A DNA stretch of 64,000 bases from assembly GCF_025526975.1 (NCBI RefSeq), contig NW_026515698.1:62001-126000 (forward strand), given 5' to 3'. The notes under the pieces are model-generated. The model ran no database searches, was not told where the DNA came from, and saw only the letters and a list, made by a program, of their open reading frames with translations. Origin of the DNA: Fimicolochytrium jonesii (taxonomy: Eukaryota). This document shows, piece after piece, positions 23,956-37,512 of the stretch. Numbering within the stretch: position 1 is the first letter of the stretch; each line of letters begins with the position of its first letter. Both the position numbers and the translations under genes were made by a program.

Positions 23956-25155
23956 CTACTCACTAAGTTCATCCTCACTATCCTCATCCTCACTAGACTC
24001 ATCCTCGCTCGGGTCGTCAGGGTCTCGCCGACATCGTCGAACTCCGGTTTTTGTAGGATGCTTTAGGGGACACCAAATGTCGCACAAGATCATCGGCAGA
24101 CCGAACCCACATGTGGTAGATTCTTCTTTAGCATATAATCGCCAGCACCTAGTACACCGCCACCCCTTGGCTAGCTCGAAGTGAAGATGATTTAGTTCGA
24201 GCAAGCCAATATGTTTTGTTCTTTGGACAAATGCCCTTACTCTTGTATTGACACATTTCTGTGAATCCGTAAAGAGTTAGATTACAGCGCTCATGGTCAC
24301 CTGACCCTGCACGTCACTCTGTACTTGCCTTCTTTAAGGAAGGCCCCGCATTTTTGCTTCTTCCCATTCATCACTAACTTCCCAACGCACATGATATCGC
24401 AGCTGCCGGGAGGCCTCTCGCATTCCAAACAGTATCCACGTGGTTTGCCATAATAAGTAAACACTGCAAATGAGTGGTGAGTATTCAATGTGAAGATGCT
24501 CTTGAAGGCTGGAAAGTCAATACTCCTGGCGATGACGCTCTCGGGGCAATTGAAGCAATCGGGTGTTATCTCTTTCCATATCTTAGCTTGACGCTCGGCA
24601 CATTCTTGTTTTTGGCATCTCTCTCTGTCTTCTCCGAGTGCCTCAATCAGGGTGCGTACAACTGTCGGATACGGACGCTTTCCAGTAAGTTCAGCGCATC
24701 TCCCGTCAAAGTGATATTCTCTAGGAGCATCTTTCTCCCGTCGTACAGAGACCGTGCTCTATGTCGTGTGACACATATACAAAATTCAGAGAGAGTGCAT
24801 ATCACTCATCTGATAATCAAAAGACAGAGCCACCTACTTTTTTGTAAAGCGCAACCAAGGCCCTTGCACACCCGGCGTACTTTCTCAACTCCCCGGTTGA
24901 AGCGACGTACTGGATAACGGGTCCGACGCGCATCGAGGATGTCCAGCCGAACTTGGAATCAAGTAATCGATTCGCCTCATTTCTAAAGGTCACCGACGCT
25001 GCTCTCAACGTAATGAGGGTTTTAAATGAAGCGAACTTCAAGATTGATGATAGAAGTTCAAGGGGAACTACTGGTGATCGATCTTCTGGCGACTCTTCTG
25101 GCAACTCTTCTGGCGACTCTTCTGGCGACTTTTCTGAGACGACCTCGTGCACCAT
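23956..25155 (-). CDS. F-box-like protein with Cys-rich C-terminus and acidic tail (3 exons)
   Basis: VPLELLSSILKFASFKTLITLRAASVTFR is F-box-like; the spliced frame stays open through ~24750-24306 and ~24259-23956 with CFNC, CLEC, CRKC and CTRC pairs. Confidence 0.6.
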
Positions 25156-26307
25156 TTTGGACGGTTTCGTTGAGCAACGTTTCTGTGGTGAGGAGCAGTT
25201 GGCATAAAGGTTTTATATCGGAAGAGACCTGCGGGCGAGGGGATAAGCGGGGCAGTTATATCCTCCTAACTATGGAGAGCCATCCGGGTCAAAACTTTAT
25301 TGGGTCGGTTGAGAAGTTGAGGTTTCCGAAACTTTTTTGGGGACATTTTGACAGTGACAGTCACTGCTTACGTCCAATTGCCTCATTCAGCTCTCGACAG
25401 CGCGTCTCACCTGGCCTGAGGTTCAAAGGAGGACATCGAGTCCATAAGTTTTGAACCCAACATCGTTACCATGGTCCACAGGCGTTGATATGTACTGCAG
25501 CAACAGGAAAAGGGCTCCGTAGGCCATTCTGATGGGGGCCGTCGGTAGGTCGATTGATTTGCATGGACGTCCACTAATAGACATGTCGCCAGACAGTACT
25601 TTCGCATAGGCAGTTGGTCCCTCGCTTTCCAGTTGATACGGGGATCATGGAGATATATAGGATCTTCTCAGAATGGAACGACTGGGAGCAACTGAAGATG
25701 CGCAACCGTCGCGTAGTCTCTTGTTTTCTGCGGGTGCTCTATTACCTCCACGCCAACACTTACTCGAGACTCTTCAACGTGCCTTGTGGAGTCGCCCTCT
25801 CTCACAATGTCCTATTTTCACCGGGAAATTCGCCGTCTGCACACCGGAGTAACACAATCCGTCACCTTGGCGTACAAGGTCTTGGAGGAGGGCATAGCCA
25901 GGCTTCCCAAGTGGCCGGAGTGCTGGCAGTCGGAGGAACACCGTTTGCGGCGTCAGTTTGGAATACCTCGCTACAGGTAGGGAGAACTGAAGCGCTATTC
26001 CAGAGTTACTGAAGATGGCTGGTGCGGTGGACGGAAAGTTGGACACCCTCAGTAAGGCTCGAAAATATGATGGACGCTTCGATCCCTGTCCAAAAGTGAG
26101 AACTGATACACAGAACAGATATGGAAAAATGGTCTATTTCATTGCCATATCTATTCTCGTATATCATTTTTCAGTGATGGATGCCACAAATGCGAGAGTA
26201 GGAAATGACGGCCGGAATCAGTGGGGAGCGCCTACATATCCATGTCAATATGAGGAACCACCCTCTACTTTTGCAATGGATCTCTTGTCTCCCGCAATGA
26301 CGCATAG

Positions 26308-26950
26308 TCAGTTCCTCCTCTGACTGAGGAGCCAGACTGCGGGAGCCAGCCCGCCGTGGTTCGCTGCCCGCCGATGTATCAACCTCATTGTTCCACTTTC
26401 GGCATTTTCGTCATCACAACCGCAGAGGCTTACACTCTGGAAAGAAATCTTGCTATCTTCTTTGAGACCCGATGATATATAAGTCGTCGCAGGTGGGACC
26501 CGAACATGGGGGGCGACGACCGGCGCTGGCAGCAGCTTAATTGTGTGCAGCATTGGGGAACAAGGAGGCAGGAACGAACGGGGTCAGAGGAAAGTCTCTT
26601 GGCACATCACAAGGCCTCCACATCGTCTTGGGGGAAAATGACAGATAGATGGGCTCCACGGCACGTTGCTAGAATCTCTCGTTGCCGCAAAAAAGCTAGC
26701 CTGTTGCCAGTCACGACGCTATGTACGTCCAAAACGGAAACAGCGTCGAAGTCCACGTCGAAGGCAAAGTACGTAATGCACTTGCCGTCCCGCCGGTCGG
26801 AAGGTCGATGTTTCTTGAGATGCTGATTGAGGAAGGACCATGTTCGAGATCGTTGGACGGTCCGCTGGAAGGCTACTTCGTCCCTTAGGTCGCAAAGGTC
26901 GACGTAAGAACGTAGCAGGTCGGGCATTCCGAACAAACTGAAAGGTGCAT
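26308..26950 (-). pseudogene. Hypothetical protein fragment
   Basis: Protein-like ORFs 26607-26936 and 26308-26553; no recognisable domain. Confidence 0.25.
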
Positions 26951-28400
26951 AGTGGTGAGTGAAGGCTTTTGAATGATTAGCAGTACCTGCAAGACGATGC
27001 GGGGTGTAATCGAGTTGAAGTTCTTCCTCGTGGGAAAAGGCACATGGCTGGGGACGGTCCGATAATTAGAGCCGCACCCGCACGAAGGAAAGAACCGCAG
27101 TGAAAGTTGAAACACTCAATACCTTGCACTTGGACTGCATTGGAGGACTACATATATACTGCAGAGACGCCGGTCGCCAACACCGCAAAGGGCTCAGCGG
27201 TATGCTGCCATCCTACTGTACCTCAATGCCGTCGATTTGACCAGCGGAAAGGAAACCGCCATGGAAATGCCTGCAACAGAAGCAAGCTGCAAACCTCGCG
27301 TAGGCTTGCTCATAATGGCTGGACCTTCAAGTTCAGACTTCCATTGGCCTCACGCACAGTTAGCCTCCTGGCGACGTCAGGTAACAAGGTTTAGACTACT
27401 CCGAAGTTGAAACGTCTTGGGGAACCGCCGTCTATAGTTCGAGGCGGCGCGGTGATACAGCTTCCTCTGACGTCTGAAGCCTTGTACGAATATCCAAGTT
27501 GGGCGTATCTTGTGCGTCCGCCCCGACTTCCTTCATGCTGTCTCGTCGAATGGGTGGCTGTCTTATGACCGGACTATCGCTCGTGTGTCATGGACTTCCC
27601 ACCGTCAACGGGTATCATATGCTCTCTTCCCTTGAGTAACTCGGATGTTTTTCGTATCCTTTCTGCTGGATCGTTGGACTTGACTCTTTCCATAATCACA
27701 AAGCTCCGGAGGGGATTTTAGGATTTGGACTCCGAGAAGCTCGAAATGTTTGTTTTGACCGATAGCCTGAGACCGCCGTAACACTGAATTTGTAGCTGGA
27801 TCTGGAGCGGATACTTTCTTACATGGCGGCTGACATGCTTTCGATTTGCTCTAGCTCGGAGCAAGCCCCCGAGTCCCTCCATATCTTCCTCGTATGCAGG
27901 GATGCCCGGCAGAAATGGGATTGCCACATTTTCCCCTTGAGAACGGGTCCCGGGCCTCACACCGTCGTTACACCTCTTTCAAGATCCAGATCCTGGGCAC
28001 AACCGTTGCACTGCTCCCGAAAAAGTATCGACCATAACACAAGTTTGTCAAGCAAACATTTTCCATTCACTTTTTTGGTACATGGTCAATCCCATACCTA
28101 TGTGATACGCCGGTTTGCACCTCCGTTGCACCTTCTGCTCCCGGAGGGATGCGGTATGGGAGATAGTCTCAATCAAAAGCATTTGCGGCATGCCACATGC
28201 TGAATGATCCTATGTACTGTAATGCACCGGCGCGATATGCACACAGCGCTCGACATTACTCAGGGCGACGAGCCCATGTCGAGTAATTTCGCATAAAAGC
28301 AAGTGCGGGAGGAAGCCCAACCCGCCCTTCACAGCCTTCACAGCATCTGATCCAAGTTCCTCCGACCGGCCTCACACCCTCATCAAGCATCACATTCAAG

Positions 28401-29042
28401 ATGCGCGTCCTCGCCCTCCTCTCTGCCCTCGCCGTCGGTGCCGCCGCCCTCCCTGCGGGCATCCCCACTGGCTCCGCGGCCCCCGGCTGCCCTACCGTCG
28501 AATTCCTCTCCGTCCGCGGCACCACCGAATCCCAAGTCGGCAGCACGATCCTCAACCGCGGTCCCGTCGGCCGACTTAACAAACAAATCGCGGGCTCCGC
28601 AATCTACAACATCGTCTACCCCGCCGACTACAATTTCAACACCGGCCCGGCCATCGGTGCCAGGGACCTCCTCGCGCACCTGAACTCCCGAACCGCCTCA
28701 TGCCCCTCCACGAGATTCGTGCTCGCGGGCTACTCCCAGGGCGCGATGGTCGTCCAAACCGCTCTCCCGCAGATCCCCGCCGCAACTGCACCGAAAGTCA
28801 AGGCTGTCATCATGTTCGGCGACCCGTACTACGATCCCCTCGGCCCGTCCGCGGAGGGTACCGCAAAAGGGTCCGGGAGGGGTGGGAGGCCGGTGCCGGC
28901 GCAGTGGCAACCCAAGTTGAGGGATTACTGCAACAAGGGCGATCCTGTCTGCGCGGGAGGATCAAACTGGGTGGTGCATGCGAGCTATGCAAATGATGCC
29001 GTCGCTACTCAGGCCGTCAACTTTGTGACCTCGTTGGTGTAG
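28401..29042 (+). CDS. Secreted cutinase / carbohydrate esterase family 5
   Basis: Signal peptide; VRGTTE; GYSQG nucleophile motif; FGDP; CNKGDPVC and catalytic His (HASY); single exon. Confidence 0.95.
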   Translation: MRVLALLSALAVGAAALPAGIPTGSAAPGCPTVEFLSVRGTTESQVGSTILNRGPVGRLNKQIAGSAIYNIVYPADYNFNTGPAIGARDLLAHLNSRTASCPSTRFVLAGYSQGAMVVQTALPQIPAATAPKVKAVIMFGDPYYDPLGPSAEGTAKGSGRGGRPVPAQWQPKLRDYCNKGDPVCAGGSNWVVHASYANDAVATQAVNFVTSLV

Positions 29043-31147
29043 AGAGTAATGCCTTGAAATATCTTAGATCTTCGTACCATCCCTTCTATTGGATTGGAGA
29101 ACATGCCGCTGATTCCACATCATGCCAACGATGGATCCCTTACTTTTGTATGTACCCCTTTTGTATAGCTCTGTTGCCCGGTGCAAACAGGATATTAATA
29201 GCTCTAATTCACATTTCTTCTGTACAATAAATCATGGTGTTCTAATCCCCAAACGCTCCAAAGGATTGCAAAGGAGACTGGTCCACCGCACATGATGTAG
29301 TTGACTCATCGCTGGGCGATGAGGGGAAAGGGAGTAGATCGTCCCAAAGCTCAATCTAATTTCAGTAAACTTACGCCGTAACAAATCCGTGGCATATCTA
29401 TCGTTACGCCGTGTCATATCTATAGCAAGCACAGTTACTATCTACACTCTAATTATCTATCTACACTCTATTCTCACACTGTCCACAACGGTGGAGAAGT
29501 CCGGATCAACAAGCAGACCCGATTCCGCAGCTTTGTCCTCCAGTCGCAGAGCAGGAGCCGTTTACTGCTGCAATTAAAACAGCGGGCTATCGGGTTGGCC
29601 CACATCTGGCGAGAATTGGATACTCAAACAGGCCGTCCAAACGCATCAACTCTAAATACGTCCAAACCCGCCTCACCCCTCGCCGCCTCCACCGCCAGGC
29701 CATAAAACGCGGAGTCAGGGTCGCTCAACAGCCTGAACGGGGTCCCGTCCTCCACAACCGCGCTATTCGCGAGCACAATAACGCGGTGCATGCTCGGCAG
29801 TGCTTCGATGCGGTGCGCGATGGAGATGATTGTTGTGGTAGGCGGGAGCCCGCTGTCGAGGAGGGTGCGGAGACGTTGCTCGATGCTGGGGTCGAGGGCG
29901 GCCGTTGCTGATGGAGTGGAGGAGGGGCGTGAGTGGCTGTATTGGCTTGTGTGAGAGCGACCATTCAATTGTGTCCGTGGACTCACATTCATCTACGACC
30001 AGAATTGGGCTTTGCGAGAAGAGCCTCGGCAACACAGATGAGCTGACGCTGGAATAGGAATACATCAGCTGCGATGTCGCAAAGCGAGGGGTCGTATCGG
30101 GTTGATGCCACCGTGTCCGAAACTCACCTGCCCCACACTGAAATTCGCACCTGCGCCTCAACCTTCGTGTTCAAGCTCGCCATCTGGTCCCCAAACAACT
30201 GCTTGATCCCACAATCCTCCAGAGCACGCCACAGCTGCGCATCGTCAAATTCCCCGCGCGCGTCAAGGTTATCCCGCAGGGTCCCCGCAAACAACACGGG
30301 TTCCTGGGCAATAACCACAACCGTCTTGCGCACCCTGTACAATCCAACAGATATCCGTGCCGTCGATCTTTATCGTGCCTGCGCTCGGTTCCACTAGCCG
30401 GGAGAGGCACGATACAAGAGTCGATTTCCCGGACCCCGTTCGGCCGACAATACCGATGTGCCGGCCGCCTGGAACGTGCAGCGATAGGTTCTCCAGGGCT
30501 GGTGTGGGCCGAGAGGCGTAAGATACCTCGACATTGCTGAATTCGATGGCGCCGGTGCTGGGCTATGAGGAGGGGGACGACGTTGGGGATGGTTGTGGGG
30601 GAATGTTTTCGGCGTGGTGGCGGAGTCGCTCTACGCTGTTCATGTTCACCTGAAAATATCCACGGTATGAGGGTCTCATATTGGGTATGCGCACTTCCGG
30701 TCCGATTCACACGGGCGTCTATTATACCGACTTTCCAAACTCCATCGATTAAGCACAATCGTAACCAACTCACCTCCAAACTAACAAACGACCACATGTA
30801 CAGATACACATTCGCCGCTAACGTCAACGAGTACGTCAACCCGAGTCCCGCAAACACCGTCGACATAACTTTCCCAGCGCCCAACGCGCCCACAAAAAAC
30901 GTCGTAACCGCAAACAACAGCTGAATCCGCCGCCTCATCCTCGTTTGTTGCGCCGCTGTCTCTCGTCTGCTGACACCTCACAGAAATCTTCCAAAGCCAC
31001 GTCAGCGACGGCCTTGCGAATTTTCAATGTCTTCAAATAGTCTTCAAATGCTTCTTTGGTAGATTCCCGTCCCTAATACATTGAAAAGGCGTGAGGCATT
31101 AGTGGATCTATGCCCTCAAACGCCTGTCCAGCCCTTGGGTAATGTTG

Positions 31148-31354
31148 CTCTCCAAAGGGTCCGCCCGAATCACAATGTACACCCCCTTTCCGCAGCGGAT
31201 CTTGGGTGAATCACGAAGGGTCAGGGTTGCAACATTCCCGCGGGCTGGCCAATGACTACTGGGTGGTGCTCCTCTCCAAAGGGTCCGCTCGAATCACAAT
31301 GTACACCCCCCTTCCGCAGCGGATCTTGGGTGAATCACGAAGGGTCAGGGTTGC
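31148..31354. repeat. Two ~83-bp direct repeats within a foreign segment of the ABC pseudogene
   Basis: CTCTCCAAAGGGTCCGC...GGGTCAGGGTTGCA at 31148 and 31272. Confidence 0.9.
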
Positions 31355-32398
31355 AGCATCCCCAGCCCCTCACCGGCGCAACCATGGGTCGATAATCGCA
31401 GGTTTGGGGACTTATAGCCATTGTTTGAACAGGCAATAATTAATTGTTCAGACAAATAAAAGCTGCCATGTCACTGCACGTACCAGATTCCTCAAAACGT
31501 TTTTCACATTGGCCTTGTGCTCTGGCGCATTATGATAGACCTCGCGCAGACACCTTATCCCTGCACAAAAATCCCCTTGCAGTTTTATGGCAGCACTTGC
31601 ATGCAGCACATCCCGGTTTCCGGATTGGCTGATCTCCATATATATGCCAATGTAGCCTTGATTGTTGAAGCGACCGGCGTCAAAGGCCGCGAGGAAGTCG
31701 TCAATGGTAATGCCTGCCGTACCCTTCCTGAAGGGGGGAAGAGCAGGACGTACGTTCATGAGCACAAAGCGAAACGCACAGTGGGGAATTGATCAGAATC
31801 TCACCAGGGGAAAGATGATCTTGGCTTTGCTCACTTCGTCCTCGGAGGCGGTGTCGTGCTCGTCTGCGCCCTCGTCGTAAGAGTGCCTGTCGCCCCCAAG
31901 CATGATTACCGAGGTGGTGTGCGTCCTGTACACACTGTTGATCAAGAAATCACAGCATGCGGAGAAACAGTGCGGGATCGTGCTTTGGAAAACGCGCAGA
32001 ATGCCTTCGGGACTGTGCGGACGTAGCGTCGGCGACCTGAATACTCTGAATCTGACTCTGAATAAGGATTCTCTGATAGCGCGACGCGACTCACTTGTTC
32101 CTCAGTTCCGCTCTTCTTCTGCCACTAGGCTTTTAGCTTTCACATGATCCCGCGCAATCTTTGCGGTAGCTTGTTCCAGGACCGCAGCATCGCCGTCAGC
32201 AGCGTCGCCCTGATCGCCACGCGGGTCGTCAGCGTGAGAGGAAAGAAACGTGCGCAAGGGTCCGTCCCGCTGCAAGAGCTCCTTGGCTGGTCCTTGCTCC
32301 ACGATCCGGCCGCCATCGACAAACACAATCATATCCGCCGTATGTACGACTTGAAGTCGCTGCGTCACAAAGATCCGCGTCTTGTCCATCAACGCCCC

Positions 32399-33350
32399 TA
32401 AGCTATGGAATCATATCACCAAAGAAGGAAGAGAAAAGAATGCATTTAGTAACCATGGCCCAATTAAGGCACAGAGAAGTCCGTACAATTGCATGTCCCC
32501 TATTGACCCAATAGTGGTACGAAACCAAAGCTGGATCATGCAGGGTCTGCCTTACCCGAGAGGATGAAGGCTGGGATGAAGGTGACGTTCCCACACTACC
32601 CCAGTCTAGTCATTGTCTGGCATCAAAAGTTGTGCAAGACCCCTATGTTGCTCTATGATGCCCGTACCCTCAAGCAAATGCCCACCTCCCAAAGGAGAGA
32701 GCCATCACTACGTCGCGATGCCCCCGCAGGAACAACAGATACTAGGGCCCCGTTCAATGAGCATAGTACTACGAGACCAGAGCTGGATCATGCAGGGTCT
32801 GCCTTGTCCCAAAGGATGAAGGTGACGTTCCCACACTACCCCAGTCCAGTCATTTTTTGGCACCAAGGCGAGAAAAACCCCTATGTTGCTCTACGATGCC
32901 CGTAGCCTCAAGCAAATGCCCACCTCCCGAAGGAGAGAGCCATCACTACGTCCCGATGCCCCCGCAGGAACAACAGATACGCCATGAACGGGACAGGGGG
33001 AAGGTAATCGAAGAAGGAGGGAAGGGGCCCCTTACTTGCGGGTGTGTGCTGTCCTGGTGCAGTGTTGCGTTCTGTTGAGACAAGCAAAGCCTTTCATTTT
33101 CGGTGGGTCGAATTACACGAGCCTGGTTGAGAAGCATGCAAAAAGACACCGCTTCCGCTTCCAACGTACCTGAGAACAACTTACTGATGCCACCGCTGGT
33201 GGGGAACCGACCTTTGGTTTGTATCGATATAATTCTACCCGATTAGATGACGGTTCGCTGCGTCGAAGAGGAGGTTCGAATACTACGGCTTTACGATCCG
33301 GGTTCAAGCGTGTTTGGCGTATTTCACTCCGGGGCTTGGTCTTGAAGGGC
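32399..33350. mobile_element. 952-bp unclassified insertion with internal ~220-bp tandem duplication
   Basis: Removing it restores the frame HVFDKCIT|GALMDKTRIFVT; duplicated blocks at ~32512-32742 and ~32764-32980. Confidence 0.75.
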
Positions 33351-35942
33351 AGTGATACACTTGTCAAAGACGTGTGCGGCAACGTGCGCATCGAGAGGAG
33401 CAAGCGGGTCGTCCAGAAGAAGCACGTCGGAATCGTTGTAGACCGCCCTAGCCAGCGCGATGCGCATCTTCTGCGCTGCATTCCAAAAAGTAATCAATAC
33501 TTAGCCGCAGCCACGACGTCTCGAACATCGCAAAACCCATAGCCTACCTCCAGACAAGTTACTCCCCTTCTCCCCGATCTCCGTCCGATCCCCCTCATGA
33601 AACATCTTCAAATCATGCTCCAGTCTACAAACACGTATCGCGTCCGCATACCGTTGCTCGCCGTACGGTTTCCACAACAGGATGTTGGTGCGGACTGTTC
33701 CGCTTTGGATCCACGGCTCTTGCGAGCAGTAGGCGGTGTTGTCTTTGATGAAAGTCGGGTCCTCCGCTTCGTTGTCGCTGTCGTTGTTGCGTGTTGACAT
33801 ACCCCCTAGAAGGCCTGCTAGGAGGCAGGATTTGCCGCTGCCGACAAGCCCCACCACGATTGTAAGCGATCCGGTGGGGATTCGGAGCTGATCGACTTGC
33901 AGGGAGAATGCAGATTTGCTCGTGTCCGCATCAGCACTAATCTCCTTGTCGTCCACGATTTCGACTTGTCGCTCGTGCCAGATGTTTTGCGTGCGTCCGT
34001 TTATGCCTCAAACGCAAAGGGTACATTAGCAACATCTACAGCCAGCGGGCTTGCGCCCGTCCGATCGGCATCCTTCAGCGAGACTTCCGGCGCAGTCATA
34101 AACGCATAGATCCCTTCCAGCGACGGCCGCACGTTCAGAACGCGGTTCAACCAGCGTCAACTTGAAAGCGGGCGCGCAGATCATATTGAACAGAGTGAGC
34201 GCGGGGCACACGGTCGAGTTCGAGAACTCGTTCCCAAGCAAGGAATGCGTCGCGAACGCCGTCAAGGCCATGAAGCTCGGGATGCTCTGGTTAACGGAGG
34301 TGAAATAGCAGAAAGCCGGTATGAGGTACTTTCTGAGCGCTTTCAGCTGCGAAGCCCGAACCACCGCGATCTTTTGCAGGAGGGGCACCTCGAGCACGTG
34401 AAGCTTGACGGCGCTGATGCTGTACAGCATATCTCCGATTTGTCTATCCGCTGATCGTTGAGGCTGATATATTTCTTGATTCCTGCGCTGGTAGACTTGA
34501 CAGCTTGACTTTGGAAGAGGAAGAGGAGGATCATTGATGCGAGGCTGACAAAGGCCGAGGGTCCGATGAGGACGTAGAGCAGGGCGACGATGATGAGGAG
34601 CTGCACGGCCGGACTCCAGACATCGTGGAATTTCTGGACAAAGATGGTTACGTAGACCACGTCCATGGAGGCCAAGTTCAACACTGTTACCGACGTGAAT
34701 CGCACCCATAAACAAGGAGCAGGTATTCCTTCAAAAGTAAACACTTCCACATCCCCAATCCATACCTTCCTAGCAGACCCCGACAGCCTCAAAAACTTAT
34801 CAAAGATAGCCACACTAAGCCCCGCGCCAACCAGTACGCTGCGTACTTTCAGGACCTGGTCACTGACATTCGCCACAACAGCTGAGATGATCTGCATCGC
34901 GCCCAGCGCCAAGACCAAAGGAAGGGCGTGACCCATGTTTCCCGCGTCGACGTCGATAGGATGTCGAGAACCTGCTGTAATACCATGGGCGAGCCTAGTG
35001 TCGCGGCGATGAATATAGCCTGTATATGTAGGAGGGATGCTTCAAATCAGGCATCTCTGTCTCCGCTTCGGCCACCTCCATACCTCAAGAACCCCAGTCA
35101 ATCCCCACGGCCCACCGCACATCCCACGGCCAATTCCTCATCCACCGTCTCCAAACCCTCCCTTCGGGGCCCTCCCCCATCTCCTCCCCCCCAAAAACAC
35201 CCATACCCAACCCCCTCGCCCAGCCGGCATCCAAATCCGCCGTCAACTCCGGGAACGAATCCAATTGCAACCTCCCTTCCCTCGCGAGTCTGCCCACGTA
35301 CGAGTCGAAGGAGAGTGAGGCGGTTGTGCGCAATGCGCGCGAGGATGGTCGCGGGGGAGAGGGTGTAGGAGTAGGGACGGGGAGGGGGTTGACGAGACTC
35401 ATGTTGGAGCAGTGGGTCTGTTTCGCCCTGCGGTGAGGTCGTTTGGTGTCGAGACCGTCATTGTGTTGAGTTTTGGTGGTAACCGAGCTCGAATCTCAGT
35501 ACGTACAGTATGTATGAACGTCCGTTTCGCTCCCTTCTATAGGGCCCCAGGTCGGAGGGCGGTCCTCCCCGGGAGGTGCCAGTTACGCCCGCTGCCATCA
35601 TGCCGGTGCAAAGGTTTCAATCTCCCCCGTCTGACAGCGTGGATTTGCGCGTCGACTTCTAACCATTAGTCCGTAGTCCGCCGCGTCGTGGTGACCCTCC
35701 TTCCCTGAGAGCCCTCCACATCAACGGTCCCCCAGACGCAGACAACTCGGAGGGCTCAACAACGTAACAGCAGGGCAACTTCCCACCATAACAATGAATC
35801 AATTCCAATGGGTTATTTACACGAAGAAGACCACTTGAATATGAAGTGATCACACAACCGAATATACGACACAGCCAAAAGACAACCCAAAATGATAAAG
35901 CTCATATGGCACCGACAATGATACCCGCGATGATGAGAGAGC

Positions 35943-37512
35943 TCACACCTTCTTCTCAGTTTGCCCACTGAAATCCGCATCCTTCAACTTCACATTCTTG
36001 ACATCCGTCAGGGGAGGCGTTCCAGGCGTAGGCGGCGGCGAAAACTTCGTCTGCAAAAACACCTTGATGATCCCCGCCTCCTTCTTATCGAAGCGATCGT
36101 ACACGTCCACGATCTGCTCGAAGGGGAAGCGGTGCGTGACGATTTTGGTGGGGTCGAAGAGGCCGGATTGGATGTCGCGGAGGAGGTCTTTCCAGTAGCG
36201 TTGGACGGGGGCTTGGCCGCAGCCTATGAGGGAGATGCCTTTTTCCATGACGGCGCCGATCAGGAAGCCGTTTGTTGTTGCTACGAATAAGCAAAAGAGT
36301 TGATGAGTTAATCTGCGGTAGTTAGAATCGGCGGCCGACCCACGAGCACACATACCAGCATAGTCAGCAATCAAAGCGACAGTGCCAAACTTCTTCGTCG
36401 CCCGAATACACTCGTTCACAATCTCCGGCGTATCCGTCTCCAACCCAATCGCGCGCTGCACCTTATGCAACATCGACTTGGCATACCTGAACGCCGCACA
36501 ATCAATCGAGCGGTCCAGGCCGCCGGGTACAAGCTCCTGGATCTTGGCAACGACGTCCGTGTCGACGTCAAAGTTGATGGATTCGACGCCCCAGGTCTTG
36601 GCGATCTCCATGCGTTCAGGGACGTTGTCGACGGCGATGATACGCGCGACTTTGGTTTTCTTCCTCAACCACTGCGCGACATGCAGACCGATGGGTCCCA
36701 ATCCCCAAATCCCGACCGTCTCGCCCTCCTTGGCCCCGGAGCAGACGACGGCGTGGTAAGCGGTACCGACGACGTCGGAGAGGTAAAGGGCTTTCTCGGC
36801 GGGGACGTCGGCGGGGATGGGGAGGAGGTTGACGTCGGCGAAAGGTTGGCGGACGTATTCGGCCTGGCCGCCGGCGAACCCGCCGCCGAAGTGGCCGTAG
36901 CCCAGGATGCCGCCGAGTTTGTGGCCGTACATGGCTTGCATGAGCGCGGAGTTGTTGGTCGTGTCGCATTCCGTGAAGATTCCTGTGGTGTTTGAGGGAT
37001 GGGTGGGGATGTCAGTGTTCAGGTTCAATCCATATTACGACCGATGGAGGGACAATAAGAAAGACCGTTCGCTGTCGCTCACATTTACTGCTCGCTCCGC
37101 TCGCGCAATACCTACCCTTCTTGCAGTACTCACATTCCCCACACCCAATATTGAAAGCCGCCACAACTGTATCGCCCACCTTGATCCCCTTCACCTCACT
37201 CCCAACCTCCTCCACAATCCCCATATACTCATGGCCCAAAATATCTCCCTTTACCAACTGAATGATATCCCCATGCAGCAGATGCAAGTCGCTGCCGCAC
37301 ACCGTGGTGCCCGTGACGCGGATGATGGCGTCCTTGGGGTGCGAGATGGCGGGGACGGGCGCGTCGATGAGGCGCAGGTCGTGCTTGCCGTACCAGGCGA
37401 GCGCTTTCATGGTGGCACCCGGGCGGGTTTTTGCGTCGCGGGAGACGGGGGTTGAGGTGGGGAGGTCGCCCATACGGGCTTCGGCGAGGTTGGCTAATGC
37501 GTTCAAGGCCAT
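35943..37512 (-). CDS. Zn-dependent medium-chain dehydrogenase (formaldehyde dehydrogenase-like), 3 exons
   Basis: TTVCGSDLH, ILGHEYMG, CGECEYC...C, GGQAEY, LSDV, WGLGPIG. Confidence 0.93.

Larger units (their letters stand above)
29624..35402 (-). pseudogene. ABCC/MRP-type ABC transporter, disrupted
   Basis: TMD1 at ~34000-35300 with frame changes; NBD1 GLVGSGKS, SQEPWIQSGTVRTNIL, NLSGG; NBD2 GRTGSGKS and QEPVLFAGTLRDNLD. Most of TMD2 is missing and there are two foreign segments. Confidence 0.85.

Noticed and set aside
29438..29475. CTATCTACACTCTA duplication as a mobile element end
   Set aside because: Only two short copies, with no TIR or TSD found.
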